DNA of 64,000 nucleotides from Klebsormidium nitens (taxonomy: Eukaryota > Plantae > Klebsormidiophyceae). Numbering within the stretch: position 1 is the first letter of the stretch; the number at the start of each line of letters is the position of its first letter. The DNA is taken from NCBI GenBank assembly GCA_000708835.1, contig DF237244.1:1-64000 (forward strand), in the 5' to 3' direction. Below the pieces are notes generated by a model, which did no database searches, had not been told where the DNA came from, and was given only the letters and a program-made list of their open reading frames with translations. The position numbers and the translations under genes are program-made. Positions 1 through 11,924 of the stretch are shown piece after piece.

Positions 1-160
1 TGGCGGACGGGGCGACGTGCGTCTGGTGCAGGTCAGGGGCGTGGGCGGCATTCGCGCCCCGGGAAACACCGAGTGCCTACGTGAACGTTTTCGCCTGACG
101 CATGATAGCGGGGTAGATGTGGAGAGACCGTATACCACGACACGTGGTCTTCCAAATTGT

Positions 161-680
161 CAAGCGCGACTCTGCGTCTTACCGTCTTACTCTCTTGATT
201 CAGGGATCCAATAGGGATTTCAGAGTCGAAACTCCTCGGCAAGACACGTTCTAAAATATGTCTTATCAAGAAACCCAGTCGGGATATCAAATCCGCGAGT
301 GCCCCACCAAGACAAAATCTCTGCGGACTGCCACCTCAGCATCCCAATCGTCTCCTCGGCGGGCACTTCAAGATTCTGGCGGATTTTCTAGTCAGTACTC
401 CACAAGACACGATGAAAAATGTGTCTTGTGGAAGGTACTTGAGGTATCTTACCCTAGCAAATTCCCTACTCGGATGGCGCACAAGACACAGGACAGGAAG
501 ACGCATGTTCGGAAAGTTCATAGGATCCCGAATGATCGTGGCGGATCTAGATCGTCCATCCGATCTCAGGGACTTTCCAAAATAATGCGTCTTACTGTCT
601 TAATGTCTTGATAAAGGGATAGACTACGGAATTTGGACTCAAGAATCTTTCCTCGAGACACATCAGAAATAGTCAACCAA
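161..680. repeat. Degenerate direct repeat (~410-bp spacing) in TE-like non-coding DNA
   Basis: tgcgtcttac(c/t)gtctta(c/a)t(c/g)tcttgat(tc/aa)agggat occurs at ~175-209 and ~585-619; overlapping ORFs have no recognisable domain. Confidence 0.45.
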
Positions 681-1590
681 ACGGCCCCGACTGGACCAGT
701 AGGGCGACACGCGACTCGAAAAGACTGGGTTTTGTCGGGCCAAGTAGAAACAGAAGGCAGCCGAAAGGCTCTCGTAGACAGCGCATTTTGAGTACTAGCA
801 AGAGCTCCGCCAACGGGACAAACTGGAGAAAAGCGATACTGTACGGGCGCGCCGTGCGATTTATGAAGAAGGCATGGAACGGAGCACTCGACAACATTCT
901 GTGTAGAAGTAAGAGGTCGTTCTGACCAGCTAGAAGGCATGGCAACAACCTAGGGGTATGTCGTAGGGTAATGTGAAGATGAGTGCTCTCGAAATATGTC
1001 ACCGTGTACCTAGCTCAATCGACCTTTCATTACTAAAATACCAAAGTTGTTATGTCGTATCGGTTTCTGCGTCAGGGTCCTGTCTCTGGACATCTTGGTC
1101 GCATTTCCAAATCCACACACAAACAAATGCAGCACGTTCACCGCGGTCACAGCATATCTCCCGTTATGCCGACCGGACCCCTTCTGCCAGACTTGACCCC
1201 GAAAGGACTCATATCAAGATTTACGAAACCTTTGATGACGAACTTTGATCATAACCGCACCTGCTTCCAGCCTGCGCTGGTCGCAAGAAGAAATCACGAG
1301 GCGGTCGACCAGATTCATGGCACAGGGAGGGCATCGTCCACAGAGTCTATTCTGTGGCATGCAGGCGAGCAGGACACGCATGTACATTCAAGGATGCAAC
1401 CGTCAGGTTGGAATCGGTTAGATGTACTGCCGACAGCACATATTTAGCATGCTCAGTACCACGTGTGCCACAGATTTGCATGAGAGAAGCTGTTTAACGA
1501 CATAATCTGGTTGGTGGACACAAGGACGCCTGATTGGCAACCACTGGCACTTGCTAATGTCCTAGCCAGTGAGAAACATTTCGTGATCAT

Positions 1591-2554
1591 CTAAGAGCGA
1601 TCACTCTTCACGAGGCGATCTTCGTAACCGCTGAGAAGAAGATCGGCCACTATGATACTGCACCGTAGTCCTTCGCTCAGCTCTTGACCAGACCGAAACC
1701 CGGCCTCTCTCACAGAGTTTACCCTAGAAGCGGTCAAGCATACTGTAACGCACTTCAGAACCCACGCATCGAACTCGATATCGACATATGGTATGGTGTG
1801 CAGCTCAGCCGCCCTACATAGGAATCCCTCAAACGGCTCCGCGAAGGACTCGAAGGTCTCCAGAAGGTGCACGTAGGCGACCGACGCTCGTTTCCAGTCC
1901 GCCGCGTTCTCGAGCTGAACTGGAAGATTCACGGTCCACTCCATCTGCATCGACGGAGGCTTGGAGGCAACGACCGTCGCATCACTGGAGGCGTTCTGGA
2001 CCCGCTGAGCAAGTGCCATCAGGCCCAGCTTGAACGTCTTCAGGTACTCAATGACGTCCGGAATGTCATAGGACGCCAGAACTGGTTCGTTTCGAGGCCA
2101 GACGCCCTCGCTCCGAGTCCCCATGTCGATCCAACCGACGCCTGCAGCAAGATATTTCATCAACATATTTGAAGTGCAATCATCCAGCTTAAACCTAACG
2201 GTCCTTTGACTTGGTGATTGACCTTCCCACTTTCTGGTAGTAAAAGTCGATTGAATGGCATGGGAGCATGCGTAGCTTACTCTGGTGAAAGGGGCAGCCT
2301 TCGTGTTGCATACAACCCAGAACAGTTTGCCCGACCCTGCACCATTCCGGCAATCTCAGAATGATATGGGAGATACTCGGGAAGACTTTGTCTGCTGTGC
2401 GGCACACAAAGACAATAAAGCACCTCACCCAGATGTACCAATGCGTAGTCACCCGCTTCGCCCTCCTTATCCAAAATTCTTTGTTTTTTCTCACTTGCTG
2501 GCGTCTATTCTTAGCCTCCTCCCGCAGAGCGCCTCCTTCCCAAACCTGATTCAA
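1591..2554 (-). pseudogene. Degenerate ORF fragments, probably transposon or retroelement derived
   Basis: Two consecutive minus-strand open frames (2195-2554, 1591-2166) in repeat-rich context; no motif identified with confidence. Confidence 0.25.
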
Positions 2555-3203
2555 CGCGACCGTGACTGCTGCAAAACGTTTTTTCTAGTCTTCACTCGTG
2601 TTGCAAGAGCTCGGTATAAAATGGTCAGCAAGACTACAGTCCGGGAGACTGTTTTCAGTTCGCGAATCGTTTGGCGACCGTTCGCCTTCCCAAATCCTCT
2701 TTTTGGGTCAGACCGTCCGATGGTTTACAGCGATTCCGAGTTTGTACGGTTCTGAGAGACCGAGTGTACTCAGGATTTTAGTTTGAATCTAATGTACGGA
2801 CGGTTACCGTGTTTGAAAGTCAACGCTACAACCATGGACGAGTTCTACCGTATCTCGCCCTAGTTTCCTTTGAGGAGCTCTGCTCACCACATAATCTAAC
2901 GGTGCATTAACGCCACGTCAACCCCATGGATGTCGTGGCGACTGTATATGCAATATCGGAGATGCAAGTGCTACAATCTAAACTCCCGTGTCAGGTTGTT
3001 CCAACTTCCGTACGGTGGTGCCAATGGGCATTGGAAAGTCGGTTGAACTCAGCCAATCACAGTAGCCTGTAGGTACGCGGAAAATCGTACCGTGAAAACC
3101 GTTGGTCTACAGTTACCTTTCCGTAGTTCGCACGCTTAAACAGTTTGCACGGAGCACAATGCAAAGATTCTGATTCGAGACCAAGGACCAAGATTCACTA
3201 AGG

Positions 3204-3237
3204 CCAAAGCCCGGGGGACGCCAAAGCCCGGGGGACG
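3204..3237. repeat. Perfect 17-bp tandem duplication, next to a possible LTR edge (TGTAAC on the minus strand at 3248)
   Basis: ccaaagcccgggggacg x2 read directly; the LTR interpretation is unverified. Confidence 0.7.
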
Positions 3238-3504
3238 GGTGAGTTACACTGGGGGTAATGGTAAGCATGGGTAAGGACCGCTTAGGTTCGTTCCTGGGGT
3301 CTTAGTATCCCCGGTTCCTAGTTTCGTATTGAAACCAGAATCTAGACCAACACCGGTACGTAAGTTGCACGGCAATTTGACGCAAGTGAAAAGTCAAACT
3401 GAGTAGCTCTGGAGTCTGGATCCGGACAAACGGATTTTGCTGCTCATTTTCTCTGGAGAGGACCCCCATTCTTCATTCGTGCTGGGAAGGTTGTGATAAG
3501 TGAA

Positions 3505-3540
3505 GAGTCTTCGAGTCTTCGAGTCTTCGAGTCTTCGAGT
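3505..3540. repeat. 8-bp tandem repeat (gagtcttc)x4.5
   Basis: Read directly, about 150 bp upstream of the 567-aa ORF. Confidence 0.9.
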
Positions 3541-3686
3541 GTGCCTGTCTCGTGCAACATATCTACCTACGGTAGGAAGAGCAGCATCACGAGTGGCTCG
3601 GAGGTCAAGTTGTGTAGCAGAATCGTGAGGGGTGCAGCATCCAACCAACATAGCGCTCTTAGCCTCGTGTACAGGCATTCGTAGTA

Positions 3687-5390
3687 ATGTCAACAATGAA
3701 GGAAGCCTTAAAGCAGGTGGCTCTTGAAGTTGTCAAGGGTGCGGCCAATGAAGGCGGGACGCAAGCAGTCAATGCTGCTATTGGGCAGCCTTTGCAACTG
3801 GTGGGAGCAGCGGCGGAGGCTGGCTGTCAGTTAACCCCCTTGGCGCTCTTAAACATGGGCCTTGGGGTTGCCAATCTTGCCGTAGGGGCAACTGGCCTCG
3901 GAGTGGGCATCTTCAATGCTTACCAGGTCCTCAAAATAAAGAAGGGCCTGGGGGTGTTGCAGCTCCAGACGGCAAGCATTGGGGTTAAGATGCAAGCTGA
4001 GCTGGGAAACGTTGCGGCCCAGGTCCAGAGTGTCGGGGCTGACGTGAGCAGGCTTTCTATGCAGCTTGAGGGCCTTGTCATTGCTGAGGGCGCGCAAACC
4101 AGGATTGCGATAAGTGAGATGAAGCATCATCTAGATCTGCGGTTGGATCGAGTTGACCAGCTTTTGGTGTGGGTCGGAAAGTCGGTCGCTGAGAAGCACG
4201 ACGCACTCTCGCAGCAGATTGCAGAGCTGCAAGAGGACATTCATGCTCTACACAGACTCGCCGAAGAAGATGAGCTCCAGTGCAGCATGCTCCGGGTCGC
4301 TACTACATACCGTGACGTGCTGTTTCAGCTGCCGTCTGGGGAAGGGAGTGCTCACGAGTGCCAGGAGCTTCAACGAGTTGCCAAGGACCTGGCGGTCTTG
4401 GCATTGTCCAGATTGAATCGCTATAAGCCGGGAGACCTCTGTCGTGGCCCCTTGATGGTGGCCCGCGTGTATGCTCTTGTGACTGAGGTCGATGCTCGGA
4501 TTCTTGGGGAGATGCAGACGAAGTCCGCCAATTTTGCAGATGGCCTGGTACCTGTGCAGAGTTCCCAGCGACGCCTCTGTGTGCAGAAGCTGGCCGATCT
4601 AGCGCGGGAACTGGAAAAGGAGGCTCACGCGCTTCTTCAGTCCCAGGCATGCTCCCCTTACGCCCTTGCAGTGGACGTTGCTCCCGTCTTGTCGCGGTAT
4701 GCCCTCCTGCACCGAAGTATTGAGGCCAAGCAAGGGTCAGGGGGGCCCATTGTCCTCGAGCTTCAGGAAGCGAGTCTCATTGCTGGGGAGCCACAGGTTG
4801 CTGTGCGCTGGGACGACGGCCTTGATAGCATGCGGGTACTGTGTTCCGCTTTAGCAAGCGGCGAAAGCGGTGATGGCTCTGAGTGGCTCGAGGTGCGGAC
4901 GGTGGCGGATGCCATGTGGTTTGCGGAGTTGTTGGGGAGGCGCGTTGAGGAATGCCTGTTTGCCGATGTGCACCGCATCAGGAGGCGGGTGTTGTTGGAC
5001 GCTCTTGGGGTTCCCGAGACGCTCGGGGATGGCAGCAAGCTGGATGGGACGGGTTTGAATGCACTGAAAGCATTTTCGGTGCTGCGACTGAGGAAAACAA
5101 CAGAAGCTGCAGTAAATGCCGCCTTTGGCAGCTTGGAGACGCCCCTTGTGATGCCGGCATGGACCGAGGTGAGTTTGAACGTCTTGGAGGCAGCAATGTG
5201 TGACAAATATAGGTTGAAGCCTGACATAAGTGAACCATGCAGATTAGCACGCAATGCATTAGTGACACTTCAGAACAGAAGGGTCGAGCTCGTGTTTGGA
5301 TTATTCCGTAAGCTTCAGAGAATGATGGACAGGCTTGGGATGGACTATAGAATGCACGCTCAGGTGGCTCGGATTGAGGGTCCGTTATGA
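3687..5390 (+). CDS. Intronless 567-aa hypothetical protein; Gly/Ala-rich hydrophobic segment followed by coiled coil
   Basis: Long uninterrupted ATG-to-TGA ORF; LALLNMGLGVANLAVGATGLGVGIF then heptad-like helices up to ~aa 200. Confidence 0.8.
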   Translation: MSTMKEALKQVALEVVKGAANEGGTQAVNAAIGQPLQLVGAAAEAGCQLTPLALLNMGLGVANLAVGATGLGVGIFNAYQVLKIKKGLGVLQLQTASIGVKMQAELGNVAAQVQSVGADVSRLSMQLEGLVIAEGAQTRIAISEMKHHLDLRLDRVDQLLVWVGKSVAEKHDALSQQIAELQEDIHALHRLAEEDELQCSMLRVATTYRDVLFQLPSGEGSAHECQELQRVAKDLAVLALSRLNRYKPGDLCRGPLMVARVYALVTEVDARILGEMQTKSANFADGLVPVQSSQRRLCVQKLADLARELEKEAHALLQSQACSPYALAVDVAPVLSRYALLHRSIEAKQGSGGPIVLELQEASLIAGEPQVAVRWDDGLDSMRVLCSALASGESGDGSEWLEVRTVADAMWFAELLGRRVEECLFADVHRIRRRVLLDALGVPETLGDGSKLDGTGLNALKAFSVLRLRKTTEAAVNAAFGSLETPLVMPAWTEVSLNVLEAAMCDKYRLKPDISEPCRLARNALVTLQNRRVELVFGLFRKLQRMMDRLGMDYRMHAQVARIEGPL

Positions 5391-6912
5391 CAGAATCCCC
5401 TTCTTGGGGGAATCATCAACCTGGACTATGAAAGTACAGTAATAATGCACGACTGGAGCAGTGACAACCGGGTCCTCTCCCTGTCGTCTCTTTGTCAGAA
5501 CTTGTCTTGTGCATTCTAGCGTCTCATTCTTTGGCGTCTCCGTTGGTCATCATGGCCATGTGTCTCTGTTTACGCATGTCATTTGTGCAATCATTCTTGT
5601 TGCTGCCAAGGACGGTGCTCCCGGTCTGCTTGCTCTGGTTCCATACTTCCAAGAGATACGTACTAGCTGCATTGCGGCCTAGAATTTGTCGAACAAAGGG
5701 ATGCGAGTGGGTCAGGAAACAGAATAGGGGGCATCTTCGCAAACGGGGGTGTATTACGGTGCTAGAAAGCAAGACGAAACATGAGTGTGACCCTTCCTGA
5801 AGGTGCTCGAAGTGATTGGGAAGGACGGCGACAGCGGTCTTCATGGCACAGCAATAGCGGAAGGTGAGGTTTTCCAACTCAACATGCTGTGCACTGGACT
5901 TCATGGTTCCAAAAGTGGTTAGAAAGTGCTTATTCCTCCATTCAATTGAGTGGTCGGAAACCAGGTTTCTACCTTGAGGCTTCGTACGGCACGATCGCAA
6001 ACAAGAACGATACGATTTGAGAGAGATTGAAAGAATCAGGTTCGATACCAGAATCAACAATGAATGTATGTTTCAAACGGTCGAGCCGACAAAAGTAGCA
6101 TCAAGCGCTCGCACATCTACGGTTCCAGTCAATTCACCTCTGCAAAAATGTCCAGGCTCCTTCTTAAATCGCGGCGAAGGAGGCGGCCGCAAGCGCTAGT
6201 AGCCTTAGCTGGGTGAAGTCTTGATCTAGTTGGTCAAGAAGCACGGTGAATCGGCGGGACGCATTCACTGAGACGAGATTTTTTATCTCTTATTATGGCG
6301 TCCGACAGTGTTGAAAGGTCGGAAAGACTTGGCCTCCGGCGGGATCGTTCTTGACTTTCAGCTTTGAGCAATTGCCAAAAGAATCAGCGGCGAATGCTTC
6401 TATTACGGCCAAAACTCCGAGCCGCCCTCGACGCCGTTTGGATTTTGAAGTGCTTCACGTCAAATGTAACCTGGTTTGACAAGAAAATTTCTCTGAAATT
6501 GTCGCCGAAGTCAACCTTTCGTTTCTGTGGAACAGAGCTTCTTCGGAGGCGCTTTGATGGACACTGCCATGCGACTCTCGAAAAACATTCATGCCCCGTC
6601 CTTTACGCAAAAGAGCTTTGGCGAATCCGATTCTGGAGAGCCTCCTCTTGGAAGTTCCGACCAGAGTCAGGCGAAGCAGCCCCACTGGAACCACTCAATT
6701 TCTTGTTCCGTAAGCTGATTTTTGAGTTGGGTGATCATCATGGTTAACAGCCACGACTTCGATCTTGATTCTTGTGCCGTGTCTAATAAGGAACGAGACT
6801 AGGAGAGGGATTTTGATAGAGGTCGGGCGGACTAAGCCGTTTTTGTGTCCGGGTCTTTTTGGTGCTTGTTAACTTGCACCGTTGATGAAGGTGAACCGGT
6901 CTTCTTGAAGGT

Positions 6913-7781
6913 ATGGGAGTACAAGGCGATGTGCTTCTCTCCTGTGGGGAAAAATCCAAGGGAGACAAGTCGGACGAATACTACAAGCTCGCTCGCCAAC
7001 GTGAATCTACTGGGGATCAGGCGCGGGCCGTTCAACACAACATTCTGGAGGCGGAACATGGAAACCCAAAAGCTGAACTGGAGCTGGGAATGCGGTACCT
7101 GGTTGGAATTGGGGTCGCGGTTGACTTCAAGTTGGCGTTCAAGTGGTTTGAGAGAGCTGCAACTCAGGGGGACGCTGGGGCGCAGTTCATGCTGGCTCGA
7201 TGCTACGAGCTCGGCAATGGAACGAAGCTTGACGTTGCTACAGCTTCGCAATGGTATGCGAGGGCTGTGGACGGTTGGGGCCTCCGCGATCTAGGCCCAT
7301 GGTTCTCGCTGAATCCCAAAGCTGGGCTCGCCAAGGCTCTGCAGCTCGACAGGTTTCGCCCCATGCTGGCGCAGAAAATATTCGGTTTGGCAGTCGTCTA
7401 TCTGAATTCATGTTTCCTCGGGGCCAAGGCGANNNNNNNNNNNNNNNNNNNNNNNNNNNNNNNNNNNNNNNNNNNNNNNNNNNNNNNNNNNNNNNNNNNN
7501 NNNNNNNNNNNNNNNNNNNNNNNNNNNNNNNNNNNNNNNNNNNNNNNNNNNNNNNNNNNNNNNNNNNNNNNNNNNNNNNNNNNNNNNNNNNNNNNNNNNN
7601 NNNNNNNNNNNNNNNNNNNNNNNNNNNNNNNNNNNNNNNNNNNNNNNNNNNNNNNNNNNNNNNNNNNNNNNNNNNNNNNNNNNNNNNGACGCTGGACCTC
7701 GGGAGCAACTCGATCGGGAAGGCGGGGGCGAAGGCGCTGGCGGCCGCCTCCAGGGCGCGGCCTACATTGGTCAGAACCTAA
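6913..7781 (+). CDS. Sel1-like repeat + ribonuclease-inhibitor-type LRR protein (spans assembly gap)
   Basis: Two Sel1 repeats (AELELGMRYLVGIGVAVDFKLAFKWFERAATQG; AQFMLARCYELGNGTKLDVATASQWYARA); after the gap TLDLGSNSIGKAGAKALAAA, then TAA at 7779-7781. Confidence 0.7.
7433..7687. other. Assembly gap (255 N)
   Basis: Run of N; both flanks read as LRR units, suggesting a collapsed LRR array. Confidence 0.98.
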
Positions 7782-8373
7782 AACTTGGTTGGGACGGTTC
7801 TGGCAGAGGTACTGATAGCCGCCCTAGATCGAGGCCTGCGGGCGCAGCGCTGTATTACAGGTTGTCTTGACATGCTAGACCTATTGAGCTATTGATTAGC
7901 TCGATTTGGGATCACTCGTTACCTTGACTATGGATCTTGTTGGCAATCATTTCGCTTCACCTACATCGAGAGTACATGAGTCTCTGTTGTCAAACGCTGT
8001 CAAATGTTGCAATAGCTTACGAGTGATCCAATAGGTGTCCAATTGGCAAGTACAAGGTCATGTAGCTTGAGTAGAATAATGTGCAACCTGTTGTCGTTGT
8101 CTATGTAACTCCTATTCATGCCATCAAGTTTTGTTTGAACTTGAGCTGATCACAAGTTGCATGTTGAGGTTTAGCTGGTTGCGTCATCGGATTGTCATTG
8201 TGGTCAATTATAGTGATTTGGACAGCAATACCATCCAGTCAAGCCTGAAGATTGCGTTTGACGTCCCATACTGCCCGGAATCCTCCCGCCCATGCCCTCC
8301 TGAGCCATGCCACCCGGGAACCGAGGCACCTCTCAATATGACACAAGGGAGTTTTGCATCCGACTTCTAGAAG

Positions 8374-9489
8374 ATGTATATATATTGGAGAAAATCCCCC
8401 CTAGTTGTTTGGCGAGTGCCGCTTAAATTGTGGCATTCGCTGCCAAGTGAACTGTGCATAACGTTCCAGCCCGCATCGATGTACGGCGGAATTCGGGCAT
8501 ACGGGGCGCTAGCAAGCCTGTCCGTGTCAGTCGGGGCGCTGAGGGGGCTCGCGAGCCTGGACCTGAAGAGATGCGAGGCGTTGGCGAGCCTGCCGGAGGC
8601 GGTCACGGTATTGATGGTTAAAGGTGACGCAAGAACGCAATTCAGCTTGGGCTGCTCCTACGCCAGCGACACGGGCGTGGAGAAGGACGAGGCGCGCGCC
8701 GCCGAGCTGTACTCGAAGGCCGCCGAGCGGGGCGACGCGGCGGCGCAGTGCTTCCTGGGCATGTGCTACGCACGAAGTAGGGGTGTCGATAAGGACGGGG
8801 CGAAAGCGGTCAAGTGGATGCGAACGGCTGCTCAGCAAGGGGACCCCGGCATTAAGGCCAATCTGGCGGAGTACTTGATGGAGGGTCTAGGAGGTGCACC
8901 AAACTGGGTCGAGGCGTTGCAATTGTTCCAGTCTTCGTTGGTTTCAAAGGCACCTTCGAAAGTCACGTCAGCTTGGATGCTCTACGGTGGTCAGAATGGA
9001 GTCCAACGGGACAAGCTGAAGGCAAGGACGATGTGCGAGGAGGTCCTGACGACGGAGGATCTGGAAGACCAACTCGAGAGTTGGGAAGCGGTCGGCTGGA
9101 CTTGGCCAGCTGCATTGGAGTGGTTCCGAAGCGAAGTCTGGCGCACGGACGAACCGTCCGGCGAGGCCCTCGAGCGAGGCGAAGGCGAGAGGGGATCGCT
9201 TCGAAAAGCGGAGGGAAATGGGAGAGGAACTCCAGCGCATCTCGAAAAGGGCGCTCTGGCCGGAGCATCCAGACGTGGCGACTCTGCGGAAGAGAAGGGG
9301 GAGTCGCATAGAGGCGGTGCTGCCGTGCGAGCGAGCGCTGGACTTCCGAGAGAAGCGCTGGGCCCAGGGAGCCGGCCGAAACTTGCTACTCTGCGTCGCT
9401 TCTCTCGCGTTGCTATCATCGTTTCTGTCATCGTCGCCATTATTGCTATCGCCGTTGCCGTAAATCAGAAACAAGTCCGCGACACTTAA
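8374..9489 (+). CDS. Truncated LRR-Sel1-TM protein, paralog of the 3' part of the NLR at 11925-15072
   Basis: ~1.5 LRR (GALRGLASLDLKRCEALASLPE), Sel1 repeats, near-identical blocks (GLGGAPNWVEAL; EAVGWTWPAALEWFR), C-terminal VAIIVSVIVAIIAIAVAV; start is ATG 8374 or 8479. Confidence 0.75.
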   Translation: MYIYWRKSPLVVWRVPLKLWHSLPSELCITFQPASMYGGIRAYGALASLSVSVGALRGLASLDLKRCEALASLPEAVTVLMVKGDARTQFSLGCSYASDTGVEKDEARAAELYSKAAERGDAAAQCFLGMCYARSRGVDKDGAKAVKWMRTAAQQGDPGIKANLAEYLMEGLGGAPNWVEALQLFQSSLVSKAPSKVTSAWMLYGGQNGVQRDKLKARTMCEEVLTTEDLEDQLESWEAVGWTWPAALEWFRSEVWRTDEPSGEALERGEGERGSLRKAEGNGRGTPAHLEKGALAGASRRGDSAEEKGESHRGGAAVRASAGLPREALGPGSRPKLATLRRFSRVAIIVSVIVAIIAIAVAVNQKQVRDT

Positions 9490-11924
9490 TGCTTCAGTTT
9501 ACCTCAGCTAGTCATCATCTACATCACTCTCTCCCGTCTTATTTTTTGGGTCGGACAGAATAGCGTCCGGTTTGGGCGACATTTCTCGCGAAAATGGTAA
9601 TATACAGCGACGATATGAATGCCCGACGGTTTAGCAGCGGCGGAGCCTCGCATCTCTGTCAGCTTTTGATAATGCAACTTCTCGTATGACAATGCATTCT
9701 TGCGACCGCACAATGGTCATCACGACGCGGTGCACAGGCTTGTAAAAGAACGCCGCCACCACGTTGCACACCCGGATATCTGTCCCAGCAAGACTCAAAA
9801 CCATGCAAATCTGCTGCTACACCACCGAATGGAACAGCCCAATTGCCTTCAACGACTGTCAACACTCGCAAATGTCTTGAATATAAGTTCATGCATGCAA
9901 TTGGGGCAATTGCATTATGATCACTACTATACTCTTGTGGAGACAAAACGTATGGCCTACAGACGCATAGGGCGCTGTGGATGTTCAATTGTGCGCGCGC
10001 GGATCGCGGTATGTGGGAAGGTGCGCCCGACCCTCATTGCAACCGACCAGGCCGGGCAATGATCGTCCTCATGAGCATGTCGGGACTCTCTTGAATCGAG
10101 GCGTGTGCTAGGCGCCAACAAAATGCTGACGTACGTATTGACATGTGCCATTGAAGGTGACGTCACGCGCGCGCGTGATTGAGCCGCATGCCGGAAAGTC
10201 AACATGCTGTTAGCCGCCCGAGCGCGCTTGCGACTAGACCCGAAACCCCACATTTCTGTCCTTCCGGGCTGTCGTGCCATCTGCAGGTCAACGCACAGTC
10301 GCTGTGATTGGAGTAAATGCGGAAAATCTACGAAAAGTCAAGCGGGTCCCAGACCGCGAGTGGCAATTCAGGCTACCGCTGTTATTTCCTGACACGGTCA
10401 GGAATCGCGATCGTACCGAATCGTGGTGTGGGTGGTCAGTACCGTACGGTAGCCAAGTCGACCGGGACGCGGCGCACGACCAGCCACGATAAAAACCGCC
10501 TGCGTCGATAAAACTGACATCTACCGTACGTCTTATTTGACACTGCCGTTATAAGATTCACAAAACGGTGACCCAAAAGACCGATCCGGGTCGCATTCGG
10601 CACCTATCAAGCTATTTAGGGGCCTGCATCCCGGGCAAGATCGAGTTCGCGTGGACTCCGAACCCCGATTTACCGACCCATGATACCAAGTGGATCGCTG
10701 TCCGTAGCACGGATTGGTCGTTCCGTACGGAAGAACGATGGTTACGGCCTAGGTTGAGCAAATCTTGACCGGGTAAAGACCGAGTTAAGGAAGCGCTTTT
10801 CGGGGCAAACGTATTAAACTGAGTTCGATCTGACGGAAAATAGGCTCGAATTAAAGTCTTGATCGTCACGGACCAACATCGATCAACATCGAAGCGTTTA
10901 GAATTCTAGGTCGAAGCAATCGGACGGTTAAGGACGATGGATCTCAGAAACGCGAAATGAAGATGGTAAAGCGTCATCATCCAGAGTGACAGTGTCTAGA
11001 TTCTAGAGCGTTCCTTAGAGCGTTCCCCTGCTAAGTAGACTTGCAAACACACCGTCAAACAGGCATCATACCACAGATTGAACACATATCTTCGAGGAGG
11101 GGCGGCAACGCAGTGAGCGGACAGCTCTTTCTTATGATGCGCGCATGCGTCCTTGAAGAGAAAGGTGCTCCGTCGACCACCGCGTTTCACCACGCAAATG
11201 CAATTCATTTGTGGGAACAGCCCCTCAAAGGATATGCAGAGTTTACATCAGGTGGGTTACGTCGTGTGTGTTTCTGAGCTTTCTGTGCGCATTATATGCT
11301 CCCACTAAGAGGGAGCGAATGTGAACCGCGCTCTGATCTCCAATCAAGTCCCACAATTGCCAGTACCCAAAGGCTGCTCTGAATCGTGCTGCATTGAGTT
11401 AATTGTATTTCACATTGCTCACATTGCTCCGAGTCAGGTTGAATGTGTGTACTAGGGGCTGGCATGCATTTGACTTGCAGCTGCGGATGATTCTGGAAGA
11501 CAGCTCCTCAGGATGTAATGCAGAAAGTCTTGAGGCGGGTGTTCTTGCCCGTTAGGCTTCCCTTGCCAGATCTCTTGGATGCTGTCATAGGCCACAGAGG
11601 CTGAAAGTAAACACTTGCCAGCAAGGTAGGCAGACGCCGCCAGATGCTGGCCAGCTAAGGGCTCCAGATCTTAGCTTGTCTCCCTAAGCGAAATCTTACA
11701 CAAGCATCTTGTCGCACGGAAAGCTAGTTTCAGGAAGTTTCCATGATTTATGAGCAGATTGTGGCAGCTTTGGCAGATCTAGAGTATCGTGTCATCGCTG
11801 CTTTTTGCTTCGGGCCCTGGCATTCTACATAGTCGACTCCAGTACCCGCCAGCTCCTTCAAGAGTTCACCTATCGACCATGACTTGATATCTCTCTGCAG
11901 GCGGGCGATTCCATATCAATCAGA

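Noticed and set aside
33-290. Ty3/Gypsy pol fragment (LPRSFDSEIPIG..VRRR)
   Set aside because: The match lies in a non-coding degenerate direct repeat; no RT (YxDD), RNase H or integrase motif found nearby
9650-11900. Short ORFs and possible TE end between the Sel1 paralog and the NLR
   Set aside because: No recognisable domain, terminal repeat or target-site duplication identifiable by eye
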